The translations under genes were made by a program, and so were the position numbers. This document shows, in pieces, positions 1 to 8,721 of a stretch of 64,000 nt of DNA. The DNA comes from a virus (Duplodnaviria > Caudoviricetes): IMG/VR virus record IMGVR_UViG_3300020187_001966. One strand, 5' to 3'. The notes under the pieces are model-generated. The model was not told where the DNA came from. It worked only from the letters and a program-made list of their open reading frames with translations, and did no database searches. Position 1 is the stretch's first letter. Each line of letters opens with the position of its first letter.

Positions 1-29
1 GCCCGCCAAGATACAGGATAAGTATTAAT

Positions 30-104
30 ATGAATAAATGTCCTGAATGTAAATTTGAATTGGATCACAACGACTTTTGTCCAATTTGTAGAGTAAAAAG
101 ATAA
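30..104 (+). CDS. Tiny zinc-ribbon-like peptide (24 aa) within tRNA array
   Basis: Hand-translated MNKCPECKFELDHNDFCPICRVKR, two CxxC pairs; follows the 3' end of an upstream tRNA (gcccgcca at 1-8). Confidence 0.5.
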   Translation: MNKCPECKFELDHNDFCPICRVKR

Positions 105-105
105 C

Positions 106-127
106 GCCGCAATAGCTCAGTTGGTAG
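106..127 (+). pseudogene. 5' fragment of a tRNA (Thr-like) interrupted at the D loop
   Basis: GCCGCAATAGCTCAGTTGGTAG is a canonical tRNA 5' acceptor strand plus D arm, then breaks off into the HNH cassette; no matching 3' strand (TTGCGGC) seen. Confidence 0.7.
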
Positions 128-162
128 CTTGCTCAACTAATAGAGCAAATTTTGCTTAAAAG

Positions 163-170
163 CATAAATA
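163..170 (+). promoter_or_regulatory. T4-like late promoter for HNH gene
   Basis: CATAAATA upstream of AAGGAG RBS and ATG 196; preceded by hairpin TTGCTC-N8-GAGCAA (129-148). Confidence 0.55.
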
Positions 171-195
171 CTTTTGAGCAAATAAGGAGCCACTG

Positions 196-702
196 ATGTT
201 TAAGTGCGGTGAATGTAATAAAGAATATGCTACCCAAAGAGCGTTGAACGCACATATGGTAGCACATAAAGAAGGAAGTAGATATAGCGTTAGCAGAGCA
301 GGACCTATAAAAACATTTATATGTCTGCACTGTGGAAATGAAAATAAATGGTCACACTCGACTAAGAATAAATTTTGTAATTTAGAGTGCCAACATAGTT
401 TCCAACATAACGAATACGTTCGTGTTTGGAAGGAAACAGGTAAACTAAGCAAAGGACCAGTTAAACGGTACTTGGCAGAACAAGTAAGTGGTTGCTGGCA
501 ATGCGGAATTACTGAGTGGAACCAAAAGCCAATTGTGTTAGAATTAGAACACAAAGATGGCAATTCAGAAAATAACGCTGAAGATAACCTAAGTTTGTTA
601 TGTCCTAACTGTCATAGTCAGACATTAACATACAAGGGTAAGAATAAAGGAAACGGACGACATAGTAGAATGAAACGCTATTATGAAGGACAAAGTTTCT
701 AA
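196..702 (+). CDS. HNH homing endonuclease with N-terminal C2H2 zinc finger
   Basis: CGEC-x12-H-x3-H finger; C-terminal CWQC...LEHKDGNSENNAEDNLSLLCPNCH HNH motif. Confidence 0.9.
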   Translation: MFKCGECNKEYATQRALNAHMVAHKEGSRYSVSRAGPIKTFICLHCGNENKWSHSTKNKFCNLECQHSFQHNEYVRVWKETGKLSKGPVKRYLAEQVSGCWQCGITEWNQKPIVLELEHKDGNSENNAEDNLSLLCPNCHSQTLTYKGKNKGNGRHSRMKRYYEGQSF

Positions 703-777
703 GCTGATGTGGCCCAATGGTAAGGCAACTGATTTGTAATCAGTAGATTGGGAGTTCGATTCTCTCCATCAGCACCA
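703..777 (+). tRNA. tRNA-Thr(UGU)
   Basis: Acceptor GCTGATG/CATCAGC, anticodon arm ACTGA-TTTGTAA-TCAGT, TTCGA T loop, encoded CCA. Confidence 0.95.
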
Positions 778-818
778 TAATAAGCCGGTCGGGAGTTCAA
801 GTCTCTCAACAGGCACCA
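778..818 (+). pseudogene. 3' half of a tRNA (5' half deleted), possibly anticodon CAU
   Basis: Variable region, T arm GGGAG-TTCAAGT-CTCTC, acceptor 3' strand AACAGGC and ACCA present; no 5' strand GCCTGTT upstream. Confidence 0.75.
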
Positions 819-821
819 TAA

Positions 822-906
822 GCGGATGTGGTGGAATCGGTAGACACGCAGGTTTTAGGTACCTGTGCTTCACGGCGTGAGAGTTCGAGTCTCTCCATCC
901 GCACCA
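822..906 (+). tRNA. tRNA-Leu(UAG)
   Basis: GCGGATG/CATCCGC acceptor, CAGGT-TTTAGGT-ACCTG anticodon arm, type II variable arm, CCA. Confidence 0.95.
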
Positions 907-910
907 TAAT

Positions 911-985
911 GGTCCCTTCGTCTATCGGTTAGGACGCCAGGTTTTCAACCTGGAAAGAGGGGTTCAATTCCCCTAGGGACTGCCA
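911..985 (+). tRNA. tRNA-Glu(UUC)
   Basis: CCAGG-TTTTCAA-CCTGG anticodon arm, TTCAA T loop, CCA. Confidence 0.95.
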
Positions 986-990
986 AGTAA

Positions 991-1065
991 TGGGTCGTAG
1001 CATAATGGTAATGCACCGCTTTTTGGTAGCGTAGAGTATAGGTTCGAGTCCTATCGACCCAGCCA
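991..1065 (+). tRNA. tRNA-Gln(UUG)
   Basis: TGGGTCG/CGACCCA acceptor (U1-A72), loop TTTTGGT, CCA. Confidence 0.93.
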
Positions 1066-1084
1066 AATAATAGAAAGAAAAAAT

Positions 1085-1402
1085 ATGTTAACAGAAGATT
1101 TTAAAAGAAACTTTAGTTTTAATGGTTCCGCACCTAGAAGTCAATATTGGGGTACAATAGTAATTACGTTTCTTGCGGTAATTATAGTAACTCCGTTTGT
1201 TGAAAGTGGTAGCGCAATGGTACTTTTAATTAGTATGGTGGCACTGATTTCCTTACTGTGGGTTATGCTAGCAGTAACAGCTAAACGATGCCGTAATTGT
1301 GGATTAAATCCATGGTGGACCGCCGCAACATTGATTCCATTTATTGGATCAGTTGTTACTATTGTACTTGGTTGTCTATCAACTAAGGATTCAGAAGGAT
1401 AA
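1085..1402 (+). CDS. DUF805-like inner membrane protein
   Basis: FSFNGSAPRSQYW and KRCRNCGLNPWW motifs, three hydrophobic helices. Confidence 0.75.
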   Translation: MLTEDFKRNFSFNGSAPRSQYWGTIVITFLAVIIVTPFVESGSAMVLLISMVALISLLWVMLAVTAKRCRNCGLNPWWTAATLIPFIGSVVTIVLGCLSTKDSEG

Positions 1403-1406
1403 TAAA

Positions 1407-1610
1407 ATGAAAGAACAATTAGTAAAAGCAGCACGTATGCACGCCGAGGGTGAACTAGAACGTGCCAAAACAAACATCTTGGTATACATGAACCACGCAG
1501 TTGGTATTGGTGAACACAGCGATATTGTTGAAGCTATTCAAGAAGAACTTGATAAAATGGCATCAGCAACTGATCGTATTGAAATGCTAAACACTCACTT
1601 TTCTGAATGA
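1407..1610 (+). CDS. Conserved phage hypothetical protein
   Basis: Start moved to ATG 1407 after preceding stop; AVGIGEHSDIVEAI motif common in large phages. Confidence 0.7.
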   Translation: MKEQLVKAARMHAEGELERAKTNILVYMNHAVGIGEHSDIVEAIQEELDKMASATDRIEMLNTHFSE

Positions 1611-1658
1611 ACCTGAATCCCTTAAATAAGAACACAGTGGACAGGAGTATAAGGTCAG

Positions 1659-1892
1659 ATGTATAGCGTAGAAATGGATCATGATGAGATTACGATCACA
1701 ATCATGGACGATCACGGTAATTACTCTGACCTTATTATTAATAGTTTTGATGACATTGTCTATATTAGACAATTTGAAGATGATAAAAAAATACCACATG
1801 CTATAGCAATATCACCACAACAATGGGAAGAACTGATAGCATCATTTCAAAGCCATGAAGGCTTTTTTAAGACAGTTAACAGGAAAAAATAA
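1659..1892 (+). CDS. Hypothetical protein
   Basis: ORF coupled to next gene. Confidence 0.65.
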   Translation: MYSVEMDHDEITITIMDDHGNYSDLIINSFDDIVYIRQFEDDKKIPHAIAISPQQWEELIASFQSHEGFFKTVNRKK

Positions 1893-2713
1893 TGACAGCT
1901 AAGACTTTAATCTTTACTATTGGATTGACTGATGAAATAGATAACAATGGTGAATGGATTGTACAGTCAGAACATGAACAACCTGAATATCGTAAATCTT
2001 ATAATCTATACAAACAGAATCCAGAAGTGGAAAAAGCGTCACTTTCCTGGAAACTGAATATGGAAAATCCATTAGTTGTTAAATTAGTTGAACAATGGGA
2101 AAAGATTATCAGAAAACCACACCTTAAGATGATCAACACACGGCATAAGCCATTCCATTTTAATAAAGATTATTTGGATATGGATATGCTATTACAGCAT
2201 ATCTCGCTATTGCCTGACGAAGACATAATATCATTACCCAATAGTGAGTTAATGGATTATGGATTTGGAAAAAGAAACAGCACAAGTTGGGGAGCATTAG
2301 TATTGTTTATGGATAACATCTATAATCACAATAATATTAGCAATAGTTATATACATAGTCAAATTGATTATACACAAGAAAATAATGAATTAGCTATTGA
2401 GGAAGATTTTGATACTGTTAACAATAGAGTTTTAGAAATACCGTCAAATTTTTACTTAAACTTAAACTTAACTCAAAACAAAAATTCCACTGCTCCAACA
2501 ATATTTAAAAATCTATTCCATCATCAACAGAATATATTTGAAGAATATGAAGATGAACTAATTAAGTTAGGTTATGATAAAGAATCGTATACAAAACTTC
2601 TTACTAGTGAAGTATTATTAATTGGTGAGCCACAAGACTCGCCTACAACTCTTTACGAAACTTTTTCTAAATATCCAACAGTTTGTCGTACTAGCTTAAC
2701 CAAAGAGGAATAA
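1892..2713 (+). CDS. Hypothetical protein (273 aa)
   Basis: Long ORF, no recognised motif. Confidence 0.7.
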   Translation: MTAKTLIFTIGLTDEIDNNGEWIVQSEHEQPEYRKSYNLYKQNPEVEKASLSWKLNMENPLVVKLVEQWEKIIRKPHLKMINTRHKPFHFNKDYLDMDMLLQHISLLPDEDIISLPNSELMDYGFGKRNSTSWGALVLFMDNIYNHNNISNSYIHSQIDYTQENNELAIEEDFDTVNNRVLEIPSNFYLNLNLTQNKNSTAPTIFKNLFHHQQNIFEEYEDELIKLGYDKESYTKLLTSEVLLIGEPQDSPTTLYETFSKYPTVCRTSLTKEE

Positions 2714-2715
2714 CA

Positions 2716-2931
2716 ATGAAAATTATCGACTCATATACCAAAGAAGAAAAACTCAGCGTAATTATGCTACAAGACGAAGTCTTTAGTGTAGCATATTATG
2801 AAAATGATAAATGGGTAGGCGGTATTGAATATCCAAATAAACATATTAATTATGTCAAAGATGCGGCAAGTAATTGGATAGATGGCATTCTAACCAGAGA
2901 AACTATCCAAGAATACGGAAAAGTTTCTTAA
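2716..2931 (+). CDS. Hypothetical protein
   Basis: ORF with GAGGA RBS. Confidence 0.65.
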   Translation: MKIIDSYTKEEKLSVIMLQDEVFSVAYYENDKWVGGIEYPNKHINYVKDAASNWIDGILTRETIQEYGKVS

Positions 2932-2949
2932 ATTAATTCAAACTATTTT

Positions 2950-3040
2950 ATAACCTATTGAAAACACTGGAAACCTTTGTTCTGTTTTTTGTTGACTTCC
3001 TGATCTAGAACTGCTAGAACATTAGTATAAGTTAAACAAA
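2950..3040 (+). promoter_or_regulatory. Repeated early promoter module, copy 1 (degenerate hairpin)
   Basis: TAACCTATTGAAA + imperfect hairpin + TTGACT -35; related copies at 32580 and 50004. Confidence 0.6.
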
Positions 3041-3055
3041 AGCAAGGAATACAAA

Positions 3056-3442
3056 ATGGCAATGGTTAAAACAGTAGTAGATCCAGTAAAATCGTTTGAA
3101 GATTTGCAGGGACGAATTCTTTGCAAAGTATTAAAACTTGATGACTACGAACTTCGCTTCCACTTGACTGAAGATCACTATGTGCGTATGTATCATATGC
3201 AGGACTGCTGTGAAAGCGTATACATCGAAGACATTGTAGGCGACTTAGATGATCTTGTTGGAACTCCACTGCTGTTGGTTGAAGAAGTAAGCAACTACGA
3301 CGGCGAAAGCAAAGAATACAGTGAAAGCGAAACTTGGACCTACTACCGTTTTAGAACTATAAAAGGCTCAGTAGATATTCGCTGGTACGGTGAAAGCAAC
3401 GGATACTACAGTGAAAGCGTAGATATTAAAATCGTAGGTTGA
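3056..3442 (+). CDS. Conserved phage protein
   Basis: QDCCESVYIEDIVGDL and TWTYYRFRTIKGSVDIRWYGESNGYYSE motifs widespread in phages. Confidence 0.75.
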   Translation: MAMVKTVVDPVKSFEDLQGRILCKVLKLDDYELRFHLTEDHYVRMYHMQDCCESVYIEDIVGDLDDLVGTPLLLVEEVSNYDGESKEYSESETWTYYRFRTIKGSVDIRWYGESNGYYSESVDIKIVG

Positions 3443-3499
3443 CAACCAAGACGTCTTACTGTATAGTATTAGTATAAACAAAGCAAAAGGAATAACACA

Positions 3500-3784
3500 A
3501 TGGTAATGTTAAACACAGCAATCCAAGCAATCCAAAACAGTGATCGTGATGAACTAAATCAGATTATTGCAGCAGTTAAATTGCGTCAAACATTCCTTGC
3601 TCGTCAAGCATCACGTTCGTTTATGGTAGGTGACATTGTATCATTTACAGGACGCCGTAATGCTACAGTAACAGGGCGTGTTACCAAAGTTAATCAAAAG
3701 ACTGTAGTTGTACTTGATAACAACTCGTCTACACAGTGGAAAGTTACAGCATCAATGTTAACACCACTAAGCATAGGAGCCTAA
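3500..3784 (+). CDS. Hypothetical early protein (SH3-like C terminus)
   Basis: Preceded by TTGACA-type promoter (3439) and AAGGA RBS. Confidence 0.7.
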   Translation: MVMLNTAIQAIQNSDRDELNQIIAAVKLRQTFLARQASRSFMVGDIVSFTGRRNATVTGRVTKVNQKTVVVLDNNSSTQWKVTASMLTPLSIGA

Positions 3785-3788
3785 TCAG

Positions 3789-3998
3789 ATGTGGGCAATT
3801 GAAGCAAGAAATTTCGGTGAGAAAAAAGATTACTTTTATCAGTCTGGATTGACAATGAAAGAAGCTCACCGTATGATCGCAAAAATGTCAAACAGTGGCA
3901 ACTGGGCTAGCTGTCGTGCTTGGGATAAAGTAGCTGAGTGGAAGCAAGAAGAAGCTAACGAACGTATCCGTAAATTTGGTGGAAAGTTATCAGTATGA
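3789..3998 (+). CDS. Hypothetical protein
   Basis: GGAG RBS, overlaps next start. Confidence 0.65.
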   Translation: MWAIEARNFGEKKDYFYQSGLTMKEAHRMIAKMSNSGNWASCRAWDKVAEWKQEEANERIRKFGGKLSV

Positions 3999-4690
3999 AA
4001 AAGTCAGAAACAGTTTACAATGTGGATCAAGCCTTGCAATTGTCTGTATATGTTGATGATCAGCAAGGGTTTATTAAAAGTGGGTTTGGATTTTACGACA
4101 GTGATCGTGGAGAAGAAACTAAAGATAATAAAACTGCGATCTTTCAGTATATGAATGGCACAGTTGATATGCCAGAAATTACTGATCAGCAAAAAGAACG
4201 TGCTGTTGAAATACGTGAATATTTTAAAGGTACACTAGTAGCAAAGAAGCTCATGGGTACACTTAATAGTTTTGAAGACGGTGTTATTAAGTCAATAGGC
4301 AATAACGAAACCAATAGTTTTGGCATCAGTGTTATTGCTAGTTTACCCAACAGTTTACGTATTAGTAAAAAGCGTGATGACCTAGACACTTGGTTTGACG
4401 AACTACGTGACAAAAGTGAGTTTATTGGTAAACGTGGCGAACGTCTACGTTTTGGTGTATATGTTCGTGATGTAAAGTTTATCGCCAAATATGGAATTCA
4501 CTTGGTAACTTGTGTTGATAAAGATGACAACATTGTGAAGTTCTTCTTTAGTAAAGAACCTGATATCGCAGGATTGCTTGAAGGGCGTAACGTTATTCTT
4601 ACTGGTAAAGTAAAGCAACATGACGTCAGCAAGTTTAGTCAGTGTAAAGAAACTGTAATTAATTACGTAAGAGTAGAAGAAAGTGCTTGA
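3995..4690 (+). CDS. Hypothetical protein, possible C-terminal OB fold
   Basis: Beta-rich C terminus (VILTGKVKQH...TVINYV). Confidence 0.6.
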   Translation: MKKSETVYNVDQALQLSVYVDDQQGFIKSGFGFYDSDRGEETKDNKTAIFQYMNGTVDMPEITDQQKERAVEIREYFKGTLVAKKLMGTLNSFEDGVIKSIGNNETNSFGISVIASLPNSLRISKKRDDLDTWFDELRDKSEFIGKRGERLRFGVYVRDVKFIAKYGIHLVTCVDKDDNIVKFFFSKEPDIAGLLEGRNVILTGKVKQHDVSKFSQCKETVINYVRVEESA

Positions 4691-4750
4691 CTTATCGAAT
4701 ACTTGATGTTATTATGAATGTATAAACAGAGCAAATGGAGTGAGAAACAG

Positions 4751-5761
4751 ATGCAACAAGTAATAGTACATAACGGAACATACCGCAATATGCCAGTAAC
4801 TGACAAAGTCTTTAAGATGACTAAAGAATTTAAGGACGGAGCAACCGGCCCTTATATTACAGTATGTGGCAAAGAGCATAATGATATGCCAGATCGCAAT
4901 GTCCGTATTAATGTAAAAGGAACAACTTGCTTTTCATTAATGACAAATGGTGAAGTACAAACGCCAGAAAAAACTGAAACAGACGCAGAGATAATTGAAC
5001 GTCTGCGTGAACGTTTTCAAGTATTAGAAGATATGACATACGCATCATGTGATGGTGTTGTCCGTGGTATGGTTGTTACTGGTCCTCCAGGTGTAGGTAA
5101 ATCCTACGGTGTAGAGAAGGTAATGAATGAAGCGGAAATGATGAATAAAATGGGCGGGGGTACCACAGGTACTGGACGCAAATATGGAATGGAAAAAGGT
5201 GCCGCAAGTGCCATTGGTTTGTACAAGCTACTATTTGAATATGCCAACGAAGGCAGTGTGCTTGTACTAGATGACTGTGATAGTGTATTGTACGATGAGA
5301 CATCACTTAACTTGCTTAAAGCGGCACTAGACAGTAGCCCAAAGCGGTTCCTGAGCTGGCGTAGTGAAAGCCGTGTGCTTCACAACGAAGGCATTCCAGA
5401 CAAATTCGAGTTTAAAGGTTCGATTATCTTTATTACTAACCTCAAGTTTGAAAAGACACGTGGTAAGATTAAAGATCACCTAGACGCTATTATGTCACGG
5501 TGTCACTATTTGGACCTTACACTGGATACAATGCACGAAAAGTGGTTGCGTTGTAAGCAGATCGTCAGTGACGGTATGTTAACCGAATATAACTTTAGTG
5601 AGTCTGATCAATCAGATCTACTGGATTATATACACACTAACCGACTCAAGCTACGTGAAATGAGCTTGCGTATGGTACTCAAGATTGCCGATCTCAAGAA
5701 GATGAACGGCGATAAATGGAAGCGGTACGTAGAAATGACTTGTATGCGCCGTAATTCCTAA
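4751..5761 (+). CDS. AAA+-type P-loop ATPase
   Basis: Walker A GPPGVGKS, Walker B VLVLDD, SRC motif; start set at ATG 4751 after GGAG. Confidence 0.85.
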   Translation: MQQVIVHNGTYRNMPVTDKVFKMTKEFKDGATGPYITVCGKEHNDMPDRNVRINVKGTTCFSLMTNGEVQTPEKTETDAEIIERLRERFQVLEDMTYASCDGVVRGMVVTGPPGVGKSYGVEKVMNEAEMMNKMGGGTTGTGRKYGMEKGAASAIGLYKLLFEYANEGSVLVLDDCDSVLYDETSLNLLKAALDSSPKRFLSWRSESRVLHNEGIPDKFEFKGSIIFITNLKFEKTRGKIKDHLDAIMSRCHYLDLTLDTMHEKWLRCKQIVSDGMLTEYNFSESDQSDLLDYIHTNRLKLREMSLRMVLKIADLKKMNGDKWKRYVEMTCMRRNS

Positions 5762-5767
5762 TAGACA

Positions 5768-5860
5768 GTGCAATAGTAGACCTCCTCTGTCTGCGTCACT
5801 CTCACTCAACGCTATTGCACAAACTGGGGCTCGGTAAGACATCTTACCGAGCCTTCTTTA
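5768..5860 (+). ncRNA. Candidate small RNA with CU-rich anti-SD loop ending in intrinsic terminator
   Basis: Outer stem GTGCAATAG/CTATTGCAC, inner hairpin AGAC-CTCCTCT-GTCT, second arm with CACTCTCACTCA loop. Confidence 0.45.
5828..5860 (+). terminator. Rho-independent terminator
   Basis: 12-bp inverted repeat GGCTCGGTAAGA/TCTTACCGAGCC followed by TTCTTT. Confidence 0.8.
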
Positions 5861-5908
5861 TTATAAGTATTATTGACAACCCCCAACAAGTAGTGTAGTA
5901 TATTAAAT

Positions 5909-7363
5909 ATGAAATGTAAAATTATCCTTAAAGACGAGGTTAACTGTAAAGTTGAAGGCCTCGACTTACAAACTCGTCGTAAATGTGAACAGAAATTAAA
6001 GTTTATGTTACCATACGCCAGACATGTTCCTGCTTATAAACTAGGACGTTGGGATGGATGTGTTGGTTACTTTACTATGGGCGGTAATACATTTGTTAAT
6101 GCGCTTAGTCATATCATTCCAATACTACAAGAACAACGATACGAATTTGATATAGAAGACAATCGCAATACTTGGGATTTAAAGTTTTCAGAAATAACTG
6201 AAGAACATTTTGCTGACCGAGCATGGCCTGATAAACATCCAGCGGCAGGACAACCTGTTATACTACGTGACTATCAAGTAGGTATTATCAATAAGTTTAT
6301 TAATAATACACAAAGTATTCAAGAGATTGCTACAGGCGCTGGTAAGACATTAATGACAGCGGCTCTTAGTAATCTAATTGAGCCTTATGGACGCAGTATT
6401 GTTATTGTGCCAAACAAAGATTTGGTAACACAGACAGAATTAGATTACATCAACTTAGGTTTAGATGTAGGTGTGTACTTTGGTGACCGCAAAGACTTTG
6501 GTAAGACACACACCATTTGTACATGGCAAAGTTTAAACATCATGGAGAAACGTTTCCGTGATGGAGAACAAGATTGGGGACTGGATGAATTTTCTGAAGG
6601 TCTAGTATGTATTATGGTAGACGAAGTACACCAAGCAAAAGCTGACGTACTTAAAAAACTACTAACAGGTCCGTTCCGTAATGTACCTATCCGTTGGGGG
6701 TTAACTGGTACAATACCCAAAGCAGATTATGAGCGTTTGAGCTTGGAAGTAAGTTTGGGCGAAGTTGTGCATCAGTTAGCTGCAAGTGAACTACAAGACC
6801 AAGGTGTACTTGCGCAGTGTGACGTTAACATACTACAAATGCAAGACAGTGTGAGCTTTGGCAACTATCAGAGTGAACTAACATACTTGACAACTGATAA
6901 AAATCGTTTAGACTACTTAGGAGACCTTATTACTAATATGGCTGAAACAGGTAATACACTTGTATTGGTAGATAGAATTAAAGCAGGCGAAGGACTAATT
7001 GAACGCCTAGGTGAAGATGCTGTGTTTATTAGTGGTAGTATGAAATCAAAAGACAGGAAAGAAGAATATGATGAAGTTAGTGAAGCAAATAATAAAGTTA
7101 TCATCGCAACCTATGGAGTGGCTGCCGTGGGTATTAACATTCCTCGTATTTTTAACTTGGTTCTCTTGGAGCCTGGCAAGTCCTTTGTAAGAGTAATTCA
7201 AAGTATTGGACGTGGAATACGTAAAGCACAAGATAAAGACAGTGTACAAATTTGGGACATTACCAGTAGTGCTAAGTTTAGTAAACGCCACTTAACAGAA
7301 CGTAAAAAGTTCTACAAGGAAGCAAATTATCCGTTTAGGGTAGAGAAAGTAAATTATAAATGA
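5909..7363 (+). CDS. uvsW: SF2 DNA helicase, UvsW-like
   Basis: LRDYQ, ATGAGKT, DEVH, GLTGT, QSIGRGIR motifs; WDG N-terminal motif. Confidence 0.9.
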   Translation: MKCKIILKDEVNCKVEGLDLQTRRKCEQKLKFMLPYARHVPAYKLGRWDGCVGYFTMGGNTFVNALSHIIPILQEQRYEFDIEDNRNTWDLKFSEITEEHFADRAWPDKHPAAGQPVILRDYQVGIINKFINNTQSIQEIATGAGKTLMTAALSNLIEPYGRSIVIVPNKDLVTQTELDYINLGLDVGVYFGDRKDFGKTHTICTWQSLNIMEKRFRDGEQDWGLDEFSEGLVCIMVDEVHQAKADVLKKLLTGPFRNVPIRWGLTGTIPKADYERLSLEVSLGEVVHQLAASELQDQGVLAQCDVNILQMQDSVSFGNYQSELTYLTTDKNRLDYLGDLITNMAETGNTLVLVDRIKAGEGLIERLGEDAVFISGSMKSKDRKEEYDEVSEANNKVIIATYGVAAVGINIPRIFNLVLLEPGKSFVRVIQSIGRGIRKAQDKDSVQIWDITSSAKFSKRHLTERKKFYKEANYPFRVEKVNYK

Positions 7364-7860
7364 AAGTATTAACAGTAGAGAATCAAAGTTATGACTTAGA
7401 CTTTGTTCCAGAAGAAATAGAAGATATACGTTATTGTGTATTAGATTACAGCGACAAGGATAACGCAGATTATATATTTGTACCATTAGTATTTTTGGAA
7501 AGTTTTAGTTCTCCTGCCGCGGTGTTAAAAATAGGAAAACATACAGTTAGTGTACCACTAGACTGGCATATAATTGTATGTGATCCAATGGTAGGCGATC
7601 CAGAAGTATTGCCTATTACAAGTTTAAATGATCGTGGATTTAAGGCATTTTCGATTAATCCAATTAGTGGATTTATGCCTGAGTTTAACGAAGTAGAAAT
7701 AGTAAACATTTATCAAGATATGAAATGGTATTTTCCTAAATTAAAGTATGGACATATACTAGCAGTACCACTTGAAGACACAGTAAAACCACTGTGTGTT
7801 TACTTTGTAAAAGAAACAAATAAAATACCTGATGTACTGAGTACTGATGATTTATGGTAA
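7360..7860 (+). CDS. Conserved phage hypothetical protein
   Basis: Overlaps helicase stop; full-length ORF. Confidence 0.75.
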   Translation: MKVLTVENQSYDLDFVPEEIEDIRYCVLDYSDKDNADYIFVPLVFLESFSSPAAVLKIGKHTVSVPLDWHIIVCDPMVGDPEVLPITSLNDRGFKAFSINPISGFMPEFNEVEIVNIYQDMKWYFPKLKYGHILAVPLEDTVKPLCVYFVKETNKIPDVLSTDDLW

Positions 7861-7877
7861 TATCAAAGGAGAATTTA

Positions 7878-8054
7878 ATGACATTACACGAACAAATCGT
7901 AGAAGCATACGAAACATATACTAAAGAGCATGAACTATGGGAAGGCAAAAGCACTAAAGCGGCTGCTGGTAGAGCTCGTAAAGCACTAGGTGAGCTAGGT
8001 AAACTAACTAAAACTCGTCGTGCTGAAATCCAAGAACGTAAGAACTCCATGTAA
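7878..8054 (+). CDS. Small basic histone H1-like (Hc1-family-like) protein
   Basis: KAAAGRARKALGELGKLTKTRR motif; start at ATG 7878 after AAGGAG. Confidence 0.6.
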   Translation: MTLHEQIVEAYETYTKEHELWEGKSTKAAAGRARKALGELGKLTKTRRAEIQERKNSM

Positions 8055-8263
8055 TGAGTGGGCAAAGACGATGGCTTAAAGTTTGGAGTAGAACAGTTGG
8101 CATGCCAGCTGGACTTAATGACGACGATAAGCCAGAGTTTTTGCCTTTACGACACAACGATGTTATTAAAGCATTATGGTTCAGAACGTTCTGGATTGTC
8201 TTGCATATTTTAACATGTTGTGCTATAATAGCTGGTAATGGAAGGACACTTGGAATATGGTAG
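8054..8263 (+). CDS. Small membrane protein
   Basis: C-terminal hydrophobic helix; TAATG coupling. Confidence 0.65.
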   Translation: MSGQRRWLKVWSRTVGMPAGLNDDDKPEFLPLRHNDVIKALWFRTFWIVLHILTCCAIIAGNGRTLGIW

Positions 8264-8721
8264 GTAAACTTAGCATTGCTAACGAAATGCGAGCAATCGA
8301 TACTAAAAATCGTAATTGGTATAAAACACTTGATGATGAAGAACGTGTAAAGTACGACAAACAATTATGGATACAACAGCGTTGGGCAAGTAGTGTACAG
8401 GGCGGTAACGCAGCACAGTACCTAATTCTAGTTAATGACTATTCAAATGTAAACTTTAATCTACTAGCTAAACATCCAGAACTACAACTACAGTCTTTAC
8501 AAATTGCTGGTGTAGGAAAAGCACAAAAACATGATTGGATGCCGCCTGGTAAAAAAGGTAAAAAGAATAAACTAGCTGAATGGTTAGTAACACAGTATCC
8601 AGAATGTAATGATGATGAACTTGTAATTTTAGCACTAACAGGTGACAAGAAAGAGTTTCGTGATATGATGGAACAACAAGGTATGAAACCAAAAGAGATT
8701 AAAGAGTTGTTGAAAAAATGA
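8257..8721 (+). CDS. Putative clamp-loader small subunit (gp62-like)
   Basis: KHPELQ...GVGKAQKHDW motif, replication gene context. Confidence 0.45.
   Translation: MVGKLSIANEMRAIDTKNRNWYKTLDDEERVKYDKQLWIQQRWASSVQGGNAAQYLILVNDYSNVNFNLLAKHPELQLQSLQIAGVGKAQKHDWMPPGKKGKKNKLAEWLVTQYPECNDDELVILALTGDKKEFRDMMEQQGMKPKEIKELLKK

Noticed and set aside
822-906. TAG in the anticodon loop as an amber suppressor or sign of recoding
   Set aside because: Anticodon UAG reads CUA (Leu); a suppressor would have CUA. Conserved genes (nrdA, nrdB, helicases) are full length in code 11, so there is no evidence of stop-codon reassignment.
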